A stretch of DNA of 64,000 bases from Paramecium tetraurelia. Lineage: Eukaryota. Position 1 is the stretch's first letter; the number at the start of each line of letters is the position of its first letter. The position numbers and the translations under genes were made by a program. Under the pieces are notes generated by a model, which searched no databases, was not told where the DNA came from, and saw only the letters and a program-made list of their open reading frames with translations. Of the stretch, positions 1-14,466 are shown piece after piece. The stretch lies in NCBI GenBank assembly GCA_000165425.1, contig CT868055.1, positions 62,001-126,000 on the forward strand, in the 5' to 3' direction.

Positions 1-1085
1 TTTGAATAATGAATACCTAAAATAAACAAAAACTTAAACTATGATGTTAACTTTATCGAAATTAGTTGATCTCTTTTAGAATTATTCATAGATGGATTAC
101 TTAGACGAATTGATGTATGAATATCTAATGAAATGAAAAATTTATGAAATTCTTCTTTTTTTTATCTATAATGTTCTTATCTCCATTTTATATTAGATTG
201 AATTGAGAACTTTAAATATTTGAGATTGAAATAATTACAAAGTTTTTAAATTAATCATTAATAATCTGAACTTAAAATCGATTAATAAGATTTCAGCTAG
301 ATTATATGAATAATAATCATTAGATTAGCTTTATTTTAATAATTTATTTCTATTAAATTTATGCGAAGTTTGCATTAATTATGGATTTATTAATAATTAA
401 TTTTTATTAAAAATAATGTTTTGGAATTGTAATAGATAATACAAATTGTTTTACATATAATTAATCAAGTTTGATGAAATTTGGATTTGAGATAAACAAA
501 AATGAATGAGAAATTTCTTTTCAATAGTAAGTTTTTTTATTTTATAAACTTTTAATTGTAACATTTAATAATGATTAATTAATATTCATATATAAATGAA
601 TAATTGAAAATGATTAATATTGCTTTCTTTTTCCTAATACTCTGTTAAATATATACTATCTTATGTTTATTAAATTTTATCTTTATATATGGGTTTCTCT
701 TGTGGTGTGAAACAATTGTTAAATAATAGAAATTATTACTGTTTAGAATGATCAATAAATATTTTTCTCTTGGATGCTGAAAAAATTTGTGTCCTTTTCT
801 GTACAAATTAATTAGTTTTGCACGATTGCTTTGTGATGTCACTAATAAATAAAAAATTGGTTATAATGCAAATATAAGGAATTTTCTGAATTGATATGAA
901 TTGAAGTCAATATTCTTAGGTTTGGCTAAGTTAAATGGGGAGGGAAGTGTGCGAGTTATCATTAATAAAATTCAGAAATGGACAACCTATTAAAATTAAA
1001 CTCATATTTTTGAAAAAAGTTATGTAAATTCCAGAGTTGGTTGGTTAATAATTGAAGTTATTCATATAATAACTTAGAAATAAAA

Positions 1086-1435
1086 TCATTCTTAATTCAT
1101 GGTGGGGTATTCAAATTGGAGTTGTCCAACTACATCTCCTCCTAGTTTCGATACAATATTGAATTTGCACTTTTTTGATGAAAGTGGTGCAATCTTACAT
1201 TCTAATTTGGAATTGATTTAAATTTTGGACCTCATAACATTGTTCCTATAGTAAATTATGTAAGTTTTGGCAGCGGCATATTTAAGCTTTAATTTTTTTG
1301 CTGCCTAAACAGAATTATTATATAAAATACGGCCTTTATCTTAAAGCCTAGAAGGCAAACTAATTTCAAGAGTTTTTTTTTCTATTCATCAGATATCTTT
1401 TAATAGGTTCGAGAATTTCTGATATTTTTCTTCAT
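1086..1435 (-). CDS. Small helix-turn-helix/homeodomain-like protein (ciliate-expanded family)
   Basis: Code-6 translation MKKNIRNSRTYQKISDEQKKKLLKLVCLLGFKIKA / intron gtattttatataataattctgtttag / AAKKLKLKYAAAKTYIIYYRNN...QE*; the spacing fits an HTH pattern. Confidence 0.7.
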
Positions 1436-1841
1436 TTATTTTCTCAGGATTTAAATAAAATTTAATTTTTAGCTACTTGATAATTAATTATCATTTATAA
1501 TATCCATTAAAATCTCAGTTTAAAAAAGAGATTTAATTAGTATAGTATTTATTTTCCAAGAATTCAAATAAATTCTCTAATTTTAAATTTCAATATTACT
1601 TTGCAAACTCCTTATTTCTTAACAACTGATATTAAGTCTTTTTTTAGTTTTAAGACTATTTTGGGTTTGTTAAGTTCTCCCTTTTTGAAAATTAAAGGAC
1701 AGAAACCACAAATGATCATAAAAGCAGCGTAGATAATATGATGTCTATTATTGATATTAACAATAGAGTTTAAAATGAGGAAATTAATAAGATGCAACAA
1801 TTGAATGTATTTCTTTATGATAAATGATATTATTTGCTAAT

Positions 1842-2169
1842 TCATAATTTGTTTTTGTAAATAGCTAATCCTTTGGCTCTGAGTTCTTATTCCCATTCAC
1901 GTGCTTCTTTTTCATAAAGATCTTTGAGCATACAATTTCTCCTTTTCTTCAATTCTTAATAAGCATTTTCGACTTCTTTAGAATAGCTACACATATTAAC
2001 AGATTGCACGTTACACTTTATTCATGAATTTTAATTCATTGACTTTATCATATTTAGATTTTGATTCATGCCACCATGTATTTCTGCTGATTGATTTCAA
2101 GTTCTGATCATACCTTTCTGCCTCAGTATATTATTAATTTAATTGAATATTCCTTTTTATTTATTGCAT
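1842..2169 (-). CDS. CFAP141: CFAP141/C1orf189-like small ciliary protein (~100 aa)
   Basis: MQQIKRNIQLNQQYTEAERYDQNLK...WWHESK...[intron]...ELKKRRNCMLKDLYEKEAREWEQELRAKGLAIYKNKL*; the C-terminal RR..L..L...E...EQEL...G.A pattern and the size match CFAP141 as I recall it. Confidence 0.7.
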
Positions 2170-2199
2170 TGTTTGTTATATAAATTATTAATTTAATAT

Positions 2200-2751
2200 T
2201 CATATTTTTTCCAACTAAATCCACAACATTTCCTCACCAATTAACCATTTCAACTCCTTTTTCTGTATTATTGATTTTGGACATCAATGAAATTTCCCAA
2301 TTTGTTGGTACATTCCTATTCAAGATCTGTCAATTTTATGATGCTTATGATAGCTACATTAATGGATATCAATGCTCGTAAGAAGATGAAGAAAGTACCA
2401 AGGCATGTCAAAGTTGATTTAAAATCCTCATTTGAAAACCCAAATACAAACAAGATGACTCAATCTATGAATAAGACCAATGAAAATGTAACTGAGATAG
2501 ATCATATTATAAATACCATAAAATTTCTTAGAGAGTAGCATACTTTAATTCTACTTTTTCACATCCTATCTTTAGCAAATGCGATTAGCTTAAAACACTT
2601 TCTCAGTAATTGAATCACCAGACACTGGCATAAAAGGAAGTTTGATAGGTAAGGATAAGCCTAATTTATCTGCCTAAACAGGGAGAGTTAGTATATCTTG
2701 AGATGAGTTAGAGATACGCGAAAGATCATATTTTTATTTAATTACATTCAT
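2200..2751 (-). pseudogene. Probable pseudogene of a 2-TM membrane protein
   Basis: ATG at 2751 and a 25-nt intron lead into two hydrophobic segments, but there is an in-frame TGA at 2460-2462 and a frameshift near 2255 before the tail KWLIGEEMLWIQLEKI*. Confidence 0.45.
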
Positions 2752-3204
2752 AAATTACCATAATCAAAAGATTTCTAAATTTTGTAACAATTGTACTTAA
2801 TGATAGTTTTCTTATCTAAGCGTCTGAATTTTATTCAACACCCCATTAGCACCTAACAATTAATAATCTTAACACAATCAATTAATTTATTAAATTATTA
2901 ATTTAAATCATTTCAATATCAAAGAGAATAGTGTTTAAAGTTTAAATGTTAGACTCTGAAGGATGTTAAACTCATTTGCTAATTAATTGACCTAACCCAC
3001 TCAATGACTTTATCATAAGGATCCATTAATTCTTTTTCATTCCCTCAACAATATATTAAATCTCTCCTTTGATATATTGGATGAATTAATAAATTCTCAA
3101 TAGGATAAATCTATATTACACATTCTGAAATTTGAATAACCATTAATAAATATCAAAGTGTTAAGTGAAAGTATTCATTCAATTGTAATACTATTAATTA
3201 TAAT

Positions 3205-3678
3205 TCAACAACTTTGTTTTATTTTTGGTTAGGATAACCGACCGATGAGACTTCTCTAAGATTATTAAGTTCTTTTGAACTTTTCTCTAGCAATTGGTGG
3301 CAATTCATATCTGTATTTGGGACTTGAGAAGAATTGATCAGAACTTCGAAGCATGCTCTTGTAATTTTGCATAGGAGAGTACTTCTCCTACACATTTAAT
3401 CTACATACAGGAAATCATTTATACAACACATAGGTATCCCTACCAGTTCCATCACATTAATAGAATAAACGTTAAGGTACTTCATAAGCTCTAGAGGCAG
3501 GGGTTGGCATCATATTCATTCCTGTTCTATTTTGATGGACAGCAAGAAATCTGAATTCTGTTCCAAAGTTGCCACCATTATTGTATGAAATGTAAGTGTC
3601 TCTTCCAAAACCATCATTATTGTAAGAAGTCGGGTTTTTTTCAGGTTTTGATCCTCTATTTAAGACGGGTTGTTTCAT
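3205..3678 (-). CDS. Small protein with two DG.GRDTY(I/V) repeats (probable cilia/cytoskeleton-associated)
   Basis: YNNDGFGRDTYISYNNGG and FYQCDGTGRDTYVL; one 24-nt intron; ends RLSQPKIKQSC*. Confidence 0.8.
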
Positions 3679-4645
3679 AAAATTTAATTAATAAGTAACA
3701 AATCAGTTTATAACTCTTAAGTTTTTCTTCGATTATTCTCATTGATTTCACTGTCTGCTCAATAATCTACACTAACTGAAGCATAGCCTTAATTCACTAA
3801 TTCATAATCTCAAATAACAAGAATATTCATGTAAAGTTGACACTCTTCATATTATTCAAAATATATCCAAATTGTATAGAGATTACGAAACCTTATGTTT
3901 AGATACCATTTAATATTATTTTATAATAGTCCGCATCAAACATTTTTTATCTGCTCTAAATAACAATTTCAATTCCTGAAACATTATTATTAATAAGAAC
4001 AACAATATTATTAAATAGGCAATCAATCAATTAATTCTAGATTTATATGAGTATTGTACTTAAAGCTCTAATGTTCATTATTTTAAAACAAACAATTCTC
4101 CCCTAATAATTATTAATATCATAATAAGATATTTAACAAGCTCAATCAAATTGCAGTTTAAATCATTTGGTCTAGTGAATCAAATACACATTGTTTAAGA
4201 TAACGGAGTAATTTCGATATCAAACAGAATAGTAATGATATCATATTTATAGAAAAAAATGAATTCAACTAAATAACTCTAACCTAATTATGACATTATT
4301 TACTGATGCTAAACAATCTTAAGCTATTTGCAAACTGATGTGTGTATCTTAATTGTTCACTCAATCACTAGTTATAATTTCAATTATTTTAGCTTGATAA
4401 TGCATTCATTATATAAAATAATAATACAAATAACACTTCAATAGTCGAGTATTATTATTTAAAAATATAAATTCCTTAAATCTCTAAAGAAAACATTAAA
4501 ATGTAGTTTAAATTTATCAAAATAAATAATAACTTTGCTAAACTCAGAATTTTTGAATACTTTTTCTCTAATTATAAATTAATAAATTATAAATTCATAT
4601 ATATATCGTTATTAAATTTTGAATTTAAATAATAATAAAATTTAC

Positions 4646-4949
4646 ATGAATAATTCTCCCTACATTGTGAAAAGGAAATAGAGACAAGGCGATTGGGTTT
4701 GCGCAGTTTGCAAGAATCTTAATTTTTCATTCAGAAGCACATGTAAGACATAGTTTAGAATGATTTTTAGGCAATAGATGTAATAAACTTCCCAATAAGA
4801 CATCCTCAAAACATCAATATAAAGGGTTTCGAACATTGGTTCTCATCCATTATGAAGAACCAATAGAGAGTATGGATGAACTTCTTGAAAATTAAATAGA
4901 TCCAAATGTCACATCTAGCCTTTTGGTATTAGGCTTAGATCAATTTTGA
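4646..4949 (+). CDS. RanBP2-type zinc-finger protein
   Basis: RQGDWVCAVCKNLNFSFRSTCNRCN across a 28-nt intron; matches W-x-C-x2-C-x3-N-x6-C-x2-C. Confidence 0.9.
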
Positions 4950-5272
4950 ATTTATATTTTTTTATTTTTCTTTATAAAATTTTCCAATCCAAAGATATTA
5001 CCTTTAAAATCCTATTTTGATCTAACTTTATTAATCATGCTTATGGACGTATACAATGGTGCTTTGAGAGACATTCTATTCAAATAATTTTATTTGTAAA
5101 TCAATGTTAACTCTAATCTCACTAATAGATACCAAGGTGTATATGATATAGAAAAGTTGAATTAACATCTAAATTCCTTTTGTTGATCTATAATTGTAAA
5201 GATTTTAATTCTTCTTAATCAATAATAATATTCATTTTAATGTTATAATCATAATTTTGATCAAAAGACTAA

Positions 5273-8200
5273 TCAATTTGCTTCTATAATCATCGGATGT
5301 ACTTTTCCATCGTATTTTTCTTGTCCGTTTGAATTTGGATTGTCTTCTACTTTTAAAAGCTTTTCATCTTTTCTTTTAAATAAATTTATTAAAATTACAA
5401 ATTTTATAATGAATTCGCAGTTTTATATTGTTAAAAGACGTTATATTGATTGTCTAGTACATTGAGGCTAACAGCATCAGACTCCTGCTGTTTGTTTATA
5501 GCTTCCTTAAATTGAATCAAACTTTTAACCTACTTCATTAAGGTACTTTTGATTTTTTTGAATCTCTCATTTACTCTAGTTCTTTGCTCTTAACTATTTG
5601 CAAGTAATCTTTTTAGAAAGGCATAATTTGAAGTCCAAGGAGCTTTGGATCTAATGAGATCCCTAGCCTTATCCAATTACTCTTCCAATTCTTTACTGTA
5701 GGCTTTTAACAGTTCTTTCAACAGAAGAAGTAAATAATAAATATTGAACACTGCAAGGAAGATAAAATAGGGAATCTAAATTTCTAAAGATCCGATCTAT
5801 TGATCAATATAGATTCCGATTCCCAAAGCAATTGATATAATACAAACATTAGCTGAATATGAATCTAGTCTGTTCAGATTGGGGGATGAATATGGTTTGA
5901 ATTTGATATTTAGCTCTTGATAGATATAAATAACTAATAACACCAAAATTCCTTTTTTAACTACATATTCATCATAATAGGATAGGAATATAAGGAGCAA
6001 TTCTTTTTCTATGATTTTTACGATCTCCCAAAAGTATGCTTAATGAGTGTATTCATTATATAAATAACCCCACTATTACCTTATTGATTTATCATCCAGT
6101 CTCTTCCTATTGTAGTAAATAGCACAGAAGAAAATGGCTGGGATCAAGAAAGCTATTACAAGAAAACTAGGTAAAACGAATCCCAAAAGCCATTTAAAAT
6201 GAATCCAAGTATCATATCTAAAAGCAACATTGGCAGAGATCCATTTATAGCTGGATATGGTTCTAAAGGATATCAATTAGATAAAGCCACCCACCAAGTT
6301 TGGTTGAAGGAAAATGTACATGTAAATAAAAGTAGTTGTGACGACACTCAAATTGTATTCTTATTTCTTGACTTTGAGTAGGATCAAATACATCGACAGA
6401 AATAAAAATATGTAAATCATTGGCAAAATCATCTGCCAGACCATTCTAGAATAATGAATGCTGAAGTCGAACATATCAATTAGGAAGCAATCAAGTGAGA
6501 ATGCCATAGTCTGCATAGGATTGCCTGATGCCTTGATTGCATCACCAAGTCCAACTGACATGTTTAACTAGAATGTAGTTATCGTTGCTAGAATTTAGAG
6601 ATGGTTGGTCAACATCTTAATTAGGACACCAGATTAATCCTCCTGCATATTCGAAAATGCTCTATTCTAACCAAGTCGAACTCTAATGGCTACCTTTTTT
6701 AATAATTCCACTGTGCTTTTCACGGAAATCAAGATGGAGATTAATGTCCTAATTAAATATAAGTTGAATCATACCAAAGTGTAATCGCAGTAATAATAAT
6801 GGAATTCTTATCCTTTTCTGTGCAAGATCCACATGAATATTTAGTGCTGGTTGAAAATTGTCCATCCCCTCTTATATCATATAAATCACATTCTTCACAC
6901 AATGCTCCAATGTGACCTTAATAACAGGAGGTATCTCCTTCTTTCCATCCTCCAAGACAATTTTCAATTAAATTGATACATTCATCAATCTAATCAGTAT
7001 AAAAGTAAGGTCTCCAGTATCCAGCCTTCAGTCTTAACTAGGCCGATTTAATCTCACTAGTAGTAGAATCGTCCTTATATAGGCAGGTTTTTGAATTAAC
7101 ACTGAGAGAAAATTAACCTTATTCAACATCGCATGGGACACAAGTGGAATCCACTGAACTTTTGATTTCTCCCATTTAACAAGGCAATGTCTTAATGTTG
7201 ATTCTCAGATAGTAATTATTGTGATAACTAACGATTTCCTTATTCTGATCATATATTGGAATGAAAATAGAATTGCATGAAAATTACAATTATAAAGTCA
7301 TATTGAGTTGATCATCTAAATAGATAATTAAATCATCTAAATTATAATCACTTTAATTGAACTCCACTCTCTTGATGTTGGTAAAGTTCTAAGTGAATTC
7401 ATTTTCTCCACTTTCCATTAGTAATCGTCCGCTTATGTCACAGTAGGTTTTGTCTAAGTCTTATTAGATTGAATTGAGTTTATCCAATGCAACAATTCTA
7501 AAATGCAGATTGTAAGGTTCATATTCCCCTTTAACCCAGTCAAAGTATTGATATTCAGATATCTTCTACCCATTAGGTACATAAAATGCATCTGAGAATT
7601 CATTGGCAAATACTTGATATGGTTTTATTAAAATCTATTCTATCATTAATTGTTCTTGCTCCACAATTGTGGTTCTAGGAAGAATATCAATTTTATTGAT
7701 AGTAATTGATAATGAAGATGGAACTTATGAAGAATCATTGCCAAATAATTGAGCCTTGTTATTTGAAATGATTGACCCAAACCTACTCATATTCTGACTC
7801 ATCTGATCTTGTATTTCTAATCCTCCCCCATATTTTGCAGTATTGTTAGACACAAGACTTTGAACTAGGTAGAATATGTCATTGCCATTGACTTTAATTG
7901 ATCCCCCAGATGCTATAGCTTAATTGTGTTCAAATATTGATTTTTAAATCAAAGTTTTGATGTTTTTAATTTGCAAACATGTACCTTCATATGCTTCATT
8001 GTATTTGCATAAGTAATCATTTATTTTAAGCTCAAATTATTTATCATTAACTTATGACTCTAAATTGTAAAGCAATCTTTATACGGAAGTCATTTTAATA
8101 ACATTCACACAACTTGATTGGCCACAGATATTCTACTTAAGTTTTAATGTTTGGATTAATAGAAATGAATGAGTGTCTATGAAATTCACATTGATTAAAC

Positions 8201-11200
8201 CATTCTAACATATGGTGCAATTGATTTATGATAAAGTCACTTGAGAAATACTCATATTTGTGTAGGAAGGATGAATGTCTATGATACTCAATGATTCCTT
8301 TGAAAACAATTACTTCATCTAATTAATAATACAGTAAGCATTTGATAATGAACTACTATCATATTTTTAATTTAATTTAGTGGGTGATTGTTTGATCTAT
8401 GATAGACATTTATATTGCGAATTATATTTCTTTTGTACTCTTTAACAATCTGATTCAATATCTATTTCATTAAGGATGGCTACATTTTCAATTTGTAAAT
8501 TATTTATGAAAACTGCAGAATTCTCTTTCATATCATTTAAGACCATCACTCTATGAAGGAAATTTGATCTTGATACTTAAATTGATTTGATTTAAACAGC
8601 TGTTGTGTTTTATAAAAACAAAAATGATTCAAAATTAATGTCAGATATGACTATGTTCTCCATTTAAATTGTTTTGGCATTATAAATTAAAATCAAAAAT
8701 CTTGATTAAGTTAAAGCTTTTATTTGAGATTAACCTCCCAGACTAAACTTATTGAAAAATTTTATCTAGCCATCTAGAGTATTATTGATTTTGGCAGCAG
8801 CTATTCTGAAATTCTATGATTAAGATGTAAGAGCAGAGAACTCTGAATAGATAATGGATCCAAATAAAGCAAACACATCTTTGAAAGAAGTATTAAGGAG
8901 AGTTAGCTAAATAGTACCTATTCCATTATAAAGATACACAAAGCCTCCTCTATTCCCACAATAAATATTATTTGCTGCTACATTTTTAATTACTATTGTA
9001 GTTGAAACTGAATTAGAAGAATCTAAATAAATAACTCCTCCATTTTCACTTTCTGATAAAAAATGAGTGCTGATAAAACTGAAGATTGAGTTGGCAATCG
9101 TAAGCTTAGCATCATTCTCCATTCTGATATATAACCCAGAACCAGATGAGTTAGATATTACTACATTTTGAATTTTCAGGTCAGAACTGATCAGTTTTGC
9201 ATTTCCAGTAGTCACAAAAATAGGAAACATTTCCATTATTTATTCAAGAAACACTTCTTCTCCATTATTGTATCCCCAAACTAAATAACGCTGTATTATG
9301 CTATAATCAAATATGCTATTGGAGGTAAAATTAGAATTCTTGAGTGTCATCTTTTTTGCCTTTATATAAATAATGCCATCTGTAGAATTTGTAACCAAAT
9401 TTGATTCGGCTATTACATTGTCCATGTTAATTGTACAATAAGAACAATCAAAGTTTAATAATAATCCAGAGTTTATGAGATCATTCTACCTATATTGATG
9501 CATAATATTCTTTTTGAATATGGAGTCGATGATATTGATTTAGAATTCTTATTGGGTGGTGATTTAAATCAGTGAGATCTGTTTCATTTGATCAGTAATT
9601 AAGAGGAGGTTATTCAGAAGACTAAGATCAGACAATAGTATGGAATTGTCATTCGTAGCTTAAGAGATGGAAGTTTAGATATTAATGATAGGATAATCAA
9701 TCGATTCTGCAGTTGAAATTGTTAATGATTTAAATTCTATACTTGTAGTATCATAAATGTAAATAGAAGTTCCATAATGTTAAAGTGTTAAGCAATCTAT
9801 ATACTGATGAAGTCCTTAGAATAGTGAAGCGGCATGCTAGCTGATTGTTGCTTAATTGATTTTTAATGAATTGATGCCAATAAAGCTAAATTCTTTGATA
9901 CCTTATGCTCTCTCGATTTTCAGGGATGTAATTTCGATTTGTTCTAGTAATAGATATATCAATGTGATTTCCTACTATTCTAATTATTTAATGTTGGATA
10001 GTGAAGTTAATTGATTGCCTATTACTTATATATCATTAATGAGGATATGCTTATTGGGAGATAGGTTTTATTAAATCTAAATAAATTTGGAATCCTCATC
10101 ATAAGTGTTTAATTCAAAAATAAACAGTTCAAAATTGTATTATTCAACATTAACCTTCTAATTTTGGATCACTTTAGAATTTTTCAAAAGTTAATTTGCG
10201 TTAAATCTCAGATTGGTTATCTGAGCTTTTTAATTTAAACAGAAGATTGTAGAGGTTATAACTGAAGTTTAGGAAATTTGGATTTGATTAAAATCAATCT
10301 AAGTTAAAGATTCCAATTGAAGTAAATTAGTTACTTAGTTTACCTCACTATTCTATATAGAGATTTCATCCATAATTAGGCTACCTGACTATATATTTAA
10401 TAATTGACTAGATAAAAACTTAGAGTTGATTTAGAAATTTCTTATCTTTACTTAAGCTTAGGCATTTGTATTCAACATCAATAGGATTGTCTACTTCAAT
10501 TAACATTACATTAAGCGAATGTTTTATATTTGTATAATTTAATCTGGATTAATCTACTCAATCTTAATAAAAGAATCAATGTTATTTATGCTTAAATTAG
10601 AGGATTCAAATTCATCAATAAGGACATTCTAAGCATTCTTGATAACAATTTAAGATCTATCTAATTAAATTGAACAATCATATTTGATATGGATTAGTTA
10701 AATACTTTAAAGGAAGGCACTTTAAAATAATAGTTATTTAATATTTCCAGTTTGAATTGGATTCAATATGATACCTTCCAGTTTGACATTTTTAAAGTTG
10801 ACTATGGATATGCTTCTATCGTATCGAAATGTTGTAAATCCATTTCCTTAAATCAGAAGTTCCACATTTCTTGAATATGATATATTAATACATGGCAGAA
10901 AAGATATTCTAACTAAATATTTGTTGGATGCTCTTGTTGCCAGAGACTACACAAACTTGACTTTCTTGGCTCACAATCTTAATGGAAATATTTTAGATAA
11001 CCTTTTGATTGGCCATCAAATAAAACTATTGAGTTTCAAACTATTTGATTAAATAATAGATAATACTTCTTTAAAACTAGAGGGTGAAAACAACTCATCA
11101 ATTAATATATTGGATTATAAGAACAAAATTCGTTATTCATCTGAATCTTAATCCAGAAAAGCATAACTGAATTTATTAGCATCACAAAATAAATTTAGAT

Positions 11201-14200
11201 TGATCTCCACACTCTTAACACAAAAAGGTGATGAGCAATCTACATACACTCCTAAAGTGGAGTCAAGTATTCCATTAAATCCTCTTAAACATTGATTCGA
11301 TGAGTACTAAAATTCTTGGCTGTTGAAAATGGGATTGATTGCTGCTTTCTCCTCTTAGCTTCTTTTACGACATAGTGAGCAGTTAATAGGACAGACAATG
11401 CATTGATTGTTGTCTAAACTTAAGTTTTGTCCTTTGATTGTTCTCGGACATTTGATACAAACATTTTAATTGTCTATCAATACACATTCAAGACAGTTAT
11501 CTGGACATTAGAGTATGCATTTATCATTTTATAGTTCGTATCCTGATTGGCAATTAGAACATACAATTTCATAGTCACGTTTATTTGGACTTGTTCCATA
11601 TTCAATAAATGAATGACGTTAAAATTAATCATCTATTGTGGCCTTATAAAAGGGACGAATCTCAGTTTTCCACTCATCCTTAGAGTATTTATTTTATTAA
11701 TAGCACTTAGAACAGAATAGGTCTGCCGGACATGGTTCACATTGTCCTGTAATTTTATTGGCAAAAAATCCCTCTTCGCAACTCAGACACAGGTAAGAGA
11801 TGTCAACATTCGTCTATCCTAACATACATATAAAGCAGTCCTGATTATATCCAGAGCACTATTCAGTAAATGACACAGGGCCTATATCAGATGATGAATC
11901 TGGAATAACATCTAAAGTTCTGGGTCCAAATAAGCATGACCATGAAAACATATCCTCAGGTGTGTAAATGCAATAAGAACATTCAGGATATTCTGTTAAC
12001 TCGCATTCCATAGTAAGTACATTATAACAATATGGTTCATCGCATTTACTACATTTCGTAATAACTTCTCCATCATAAGGTACAAAGTCATATTCAAAAG
12101 AATTGATTGCATTATTATCAACAGCTTATTCAAATGCCATTTAACAATTTTCAATTGTATTTTCAATGCAATCAACCGCATTTAATGATAAATAATACTT
12201 GTTCATATCTACACATTTTAAGCATTTCAAAAAGGGTTGATTGATTGAGTAGTTCATTTATTATTGACAAATAGAACAATTCAATCCACATTTTATACAT
12301 TCAGCTCCTACTGGTACATAGTTGGGTTGACAGGAAAGACATTTAAGAATATCATCAATTTTACAAGTCAAACATGTACTTGGACATAATTCACATTGAT
12401 TATCTGTAGACAAGTAATATCCATCTTTGCATTTCCAACATTTTGGTTTATCATAACTAGTTAGTAGGCATGCATTGTCAGAGAATTTACACTAGTTATT
12501 TTCGTAGTAATGATTATCTTTACAGGCTACATAGACATCTTCTGACAAGTGAGTTTAGAAGGGAATTTAATAACACCCTTCTTGCGCATTCTCAGGATTA
12601 CACAAGTCCATTGCTCCTTGAATCAATTACAAATTATCATCTTCATTAATCACATATAAGTCGTAATCTATACGAGATCTTAAAGATATCTGATATGCAT
12701 CATCATCGTTGTTTAATTGATGCTATTTAATGTAATCAGTTGTACACAGAGGTTTTAAATACCAAGCTGCAGAGTTGAATAGACAGTCAACACAGAGAAT
12801 ATCTGAACTCGATTATTGAGGACTATATGGATTAATTTAAAGATTACCATTAAATGCAGCCTTTTATTTTTGGAAACATAAAATATCCAAATTCACATGT
12901 CTGTTACTGAGGATGTTAAATAATATCGTTATAATTTAATGTTGGATAGACTGAACTGAATGATAAACAGACTTTGTCTTTTTCAAGATACCCAAGATTA
13001 CATGGGCATTCATGTTTGTCTTCTATTAGTATTCTATTTTAATCTCCGTCACAAGTAACACAGTTGTTTTCTAGTGGTCCATTACAAGTGGAACAAGAAT
13101 AATGGCATTCTAATAATGATATATTATTATACAAAAAGAGAACTCCTTATCGGCATCATAATTATAGGTAATCTTAAAGCTGCAAACCTATCCCTTTAGT
13201 CTCCTTATGTTTGTCATATCACTACCAAAGATGGCATAATATTTGGTGTTTATGAATAGTCCTTGATGAGTGTCGTCTCCAAAGGAATCTGTATCCTTAT
13301 CGAGATTGCCAGCAAAGTATTTTATATTCAGCAGAGACTTTGGTCCTGTAGTTCTTCCATATTCGAATTGAATATAATGCCATGCTGTCAGTGCATCATA
13401 ATACAAAATAGGAATTTCATCAATAAAGATCCAAGCATATATTTTTGGATCTGGCATGACATTTTACTACTTTACTGGAATAGCATAATGAATAGAATCT
13501 ACAGTATATGCGGAATATTGTTTGTTAATCCTATTCAATTAGGCGGTTATCTTCAATATTTCATCCCCCATATTCAAATAATTGCCATAATTTTAATTGG
13601 TTGTCAGCCTAAGCAACAAATAATAAATTGTCTCAACTGCATCTATACCATCATATTTCACCCATCCGGAAATACAGAATCTCTTACCCACCTAGTCAAT
13701 ACTAAATATCGATTAAGTATCTCCCTTGAATGTAAACAATTCTGGAAATAACATTTCTCCACCTTCTCCTTCGAATAATGGTGGTATTTAACAATTGGCC
13801 TCAACTTCCTCATATTTCGATTCAGAATAATCTGTAAATTACATCAACTTGGATAATCTCCCTCTAAACACTCCAACTGTGAATATTTGAATCTATTTAT
13901 AATACACTTATAATATTTACATATCCGGTTCCTCCTATTATAAACTTAACTTTGTTCAACTCTAATAATATATCTCCAATATTATTATTTGTGACGTAAT
14001 TGCTTGTCTCAAAAATCACTTATGTTTGTTGAATAGTTATCATCGTTAGTATCCAACTACCCTCGTATTCTTTTGCATCATATTCGAAGCTGTAAGTACC
14101 AAACCCTGGCCAGCCCCAACTATCCAATTCTTCCACTCTTAATTTATGAATTACTGAATTCTCATATTCATCCAGCACTGCATACATGAACATCACAACT

Positions 14201-14466
14201 CTATCATCATCAAGAGACTTCAGCAAGAACATCAATTAGTATAGTCTTGTATCTGTAGTCGCTTGCCATTCTACTTATGGGTAGCTTTTTACGTTCCATA
14301 GAGGAATAGAGAAGCTCCAAAAGGCAAACGTTTAAGAAGGACTCATTTACTCTATTATTGTCTCTTGTATTGGGTAGTATTCACTAAGCAATGAATTTTC
14401 ATAATCATTAAACGGGCAACCTTACACCAACCCCTGGAGCAAGATAATTGAAATAACAATCATCAT
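5273..14466 (-). CDS. Giant (~3000 aa) surface protein: signal peptide, furin-like Cys-rich repeats, beta-helix/pectin-lyase-like repeats, C-terminal Cys-rich region and multi-TM domain
   Basis: Starts MMIVISIILLQGLVQGCP; many CxxC repeats at ~11200-13150; N/S/I-rich repeats with GGVIYL, GGFVYL and GGSIKV motifs at 7700-10800; hydrophobic TM helices at 5700-6800 (ORF-track fragments); short introns near 6760 and 5385. Confidence 0.85.

Noticed and set aside
470..962. Long code-6 ORF on the minus strand (MITRTLPSPF...)
   Set aside because: With TGA as the only stop, long ORFs arise by chance in AT-rich DNA; there is no motif and the composition looks intergenic.
2460..2462. In-frame TGA as selenocysteine or Trp recoding
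   Set aside because: It falls in a hydrophobic segment with no redox motif, I saw no SECIS element, and a frameshift in the same gene points to decay.
3740..4340. Coding-like plus-strand stretch
   Set aside because: TGA occurs in all frames with no consistent intron solution; at most an unidentifiable remnant.
4950..5240. Possible small minus-strand gene between the RanBP2-finger gene and the giant membrane gene
   Set aside because: There is no plausible stop before it runs deep into the opposite-strand gene, and no recognisable domain.
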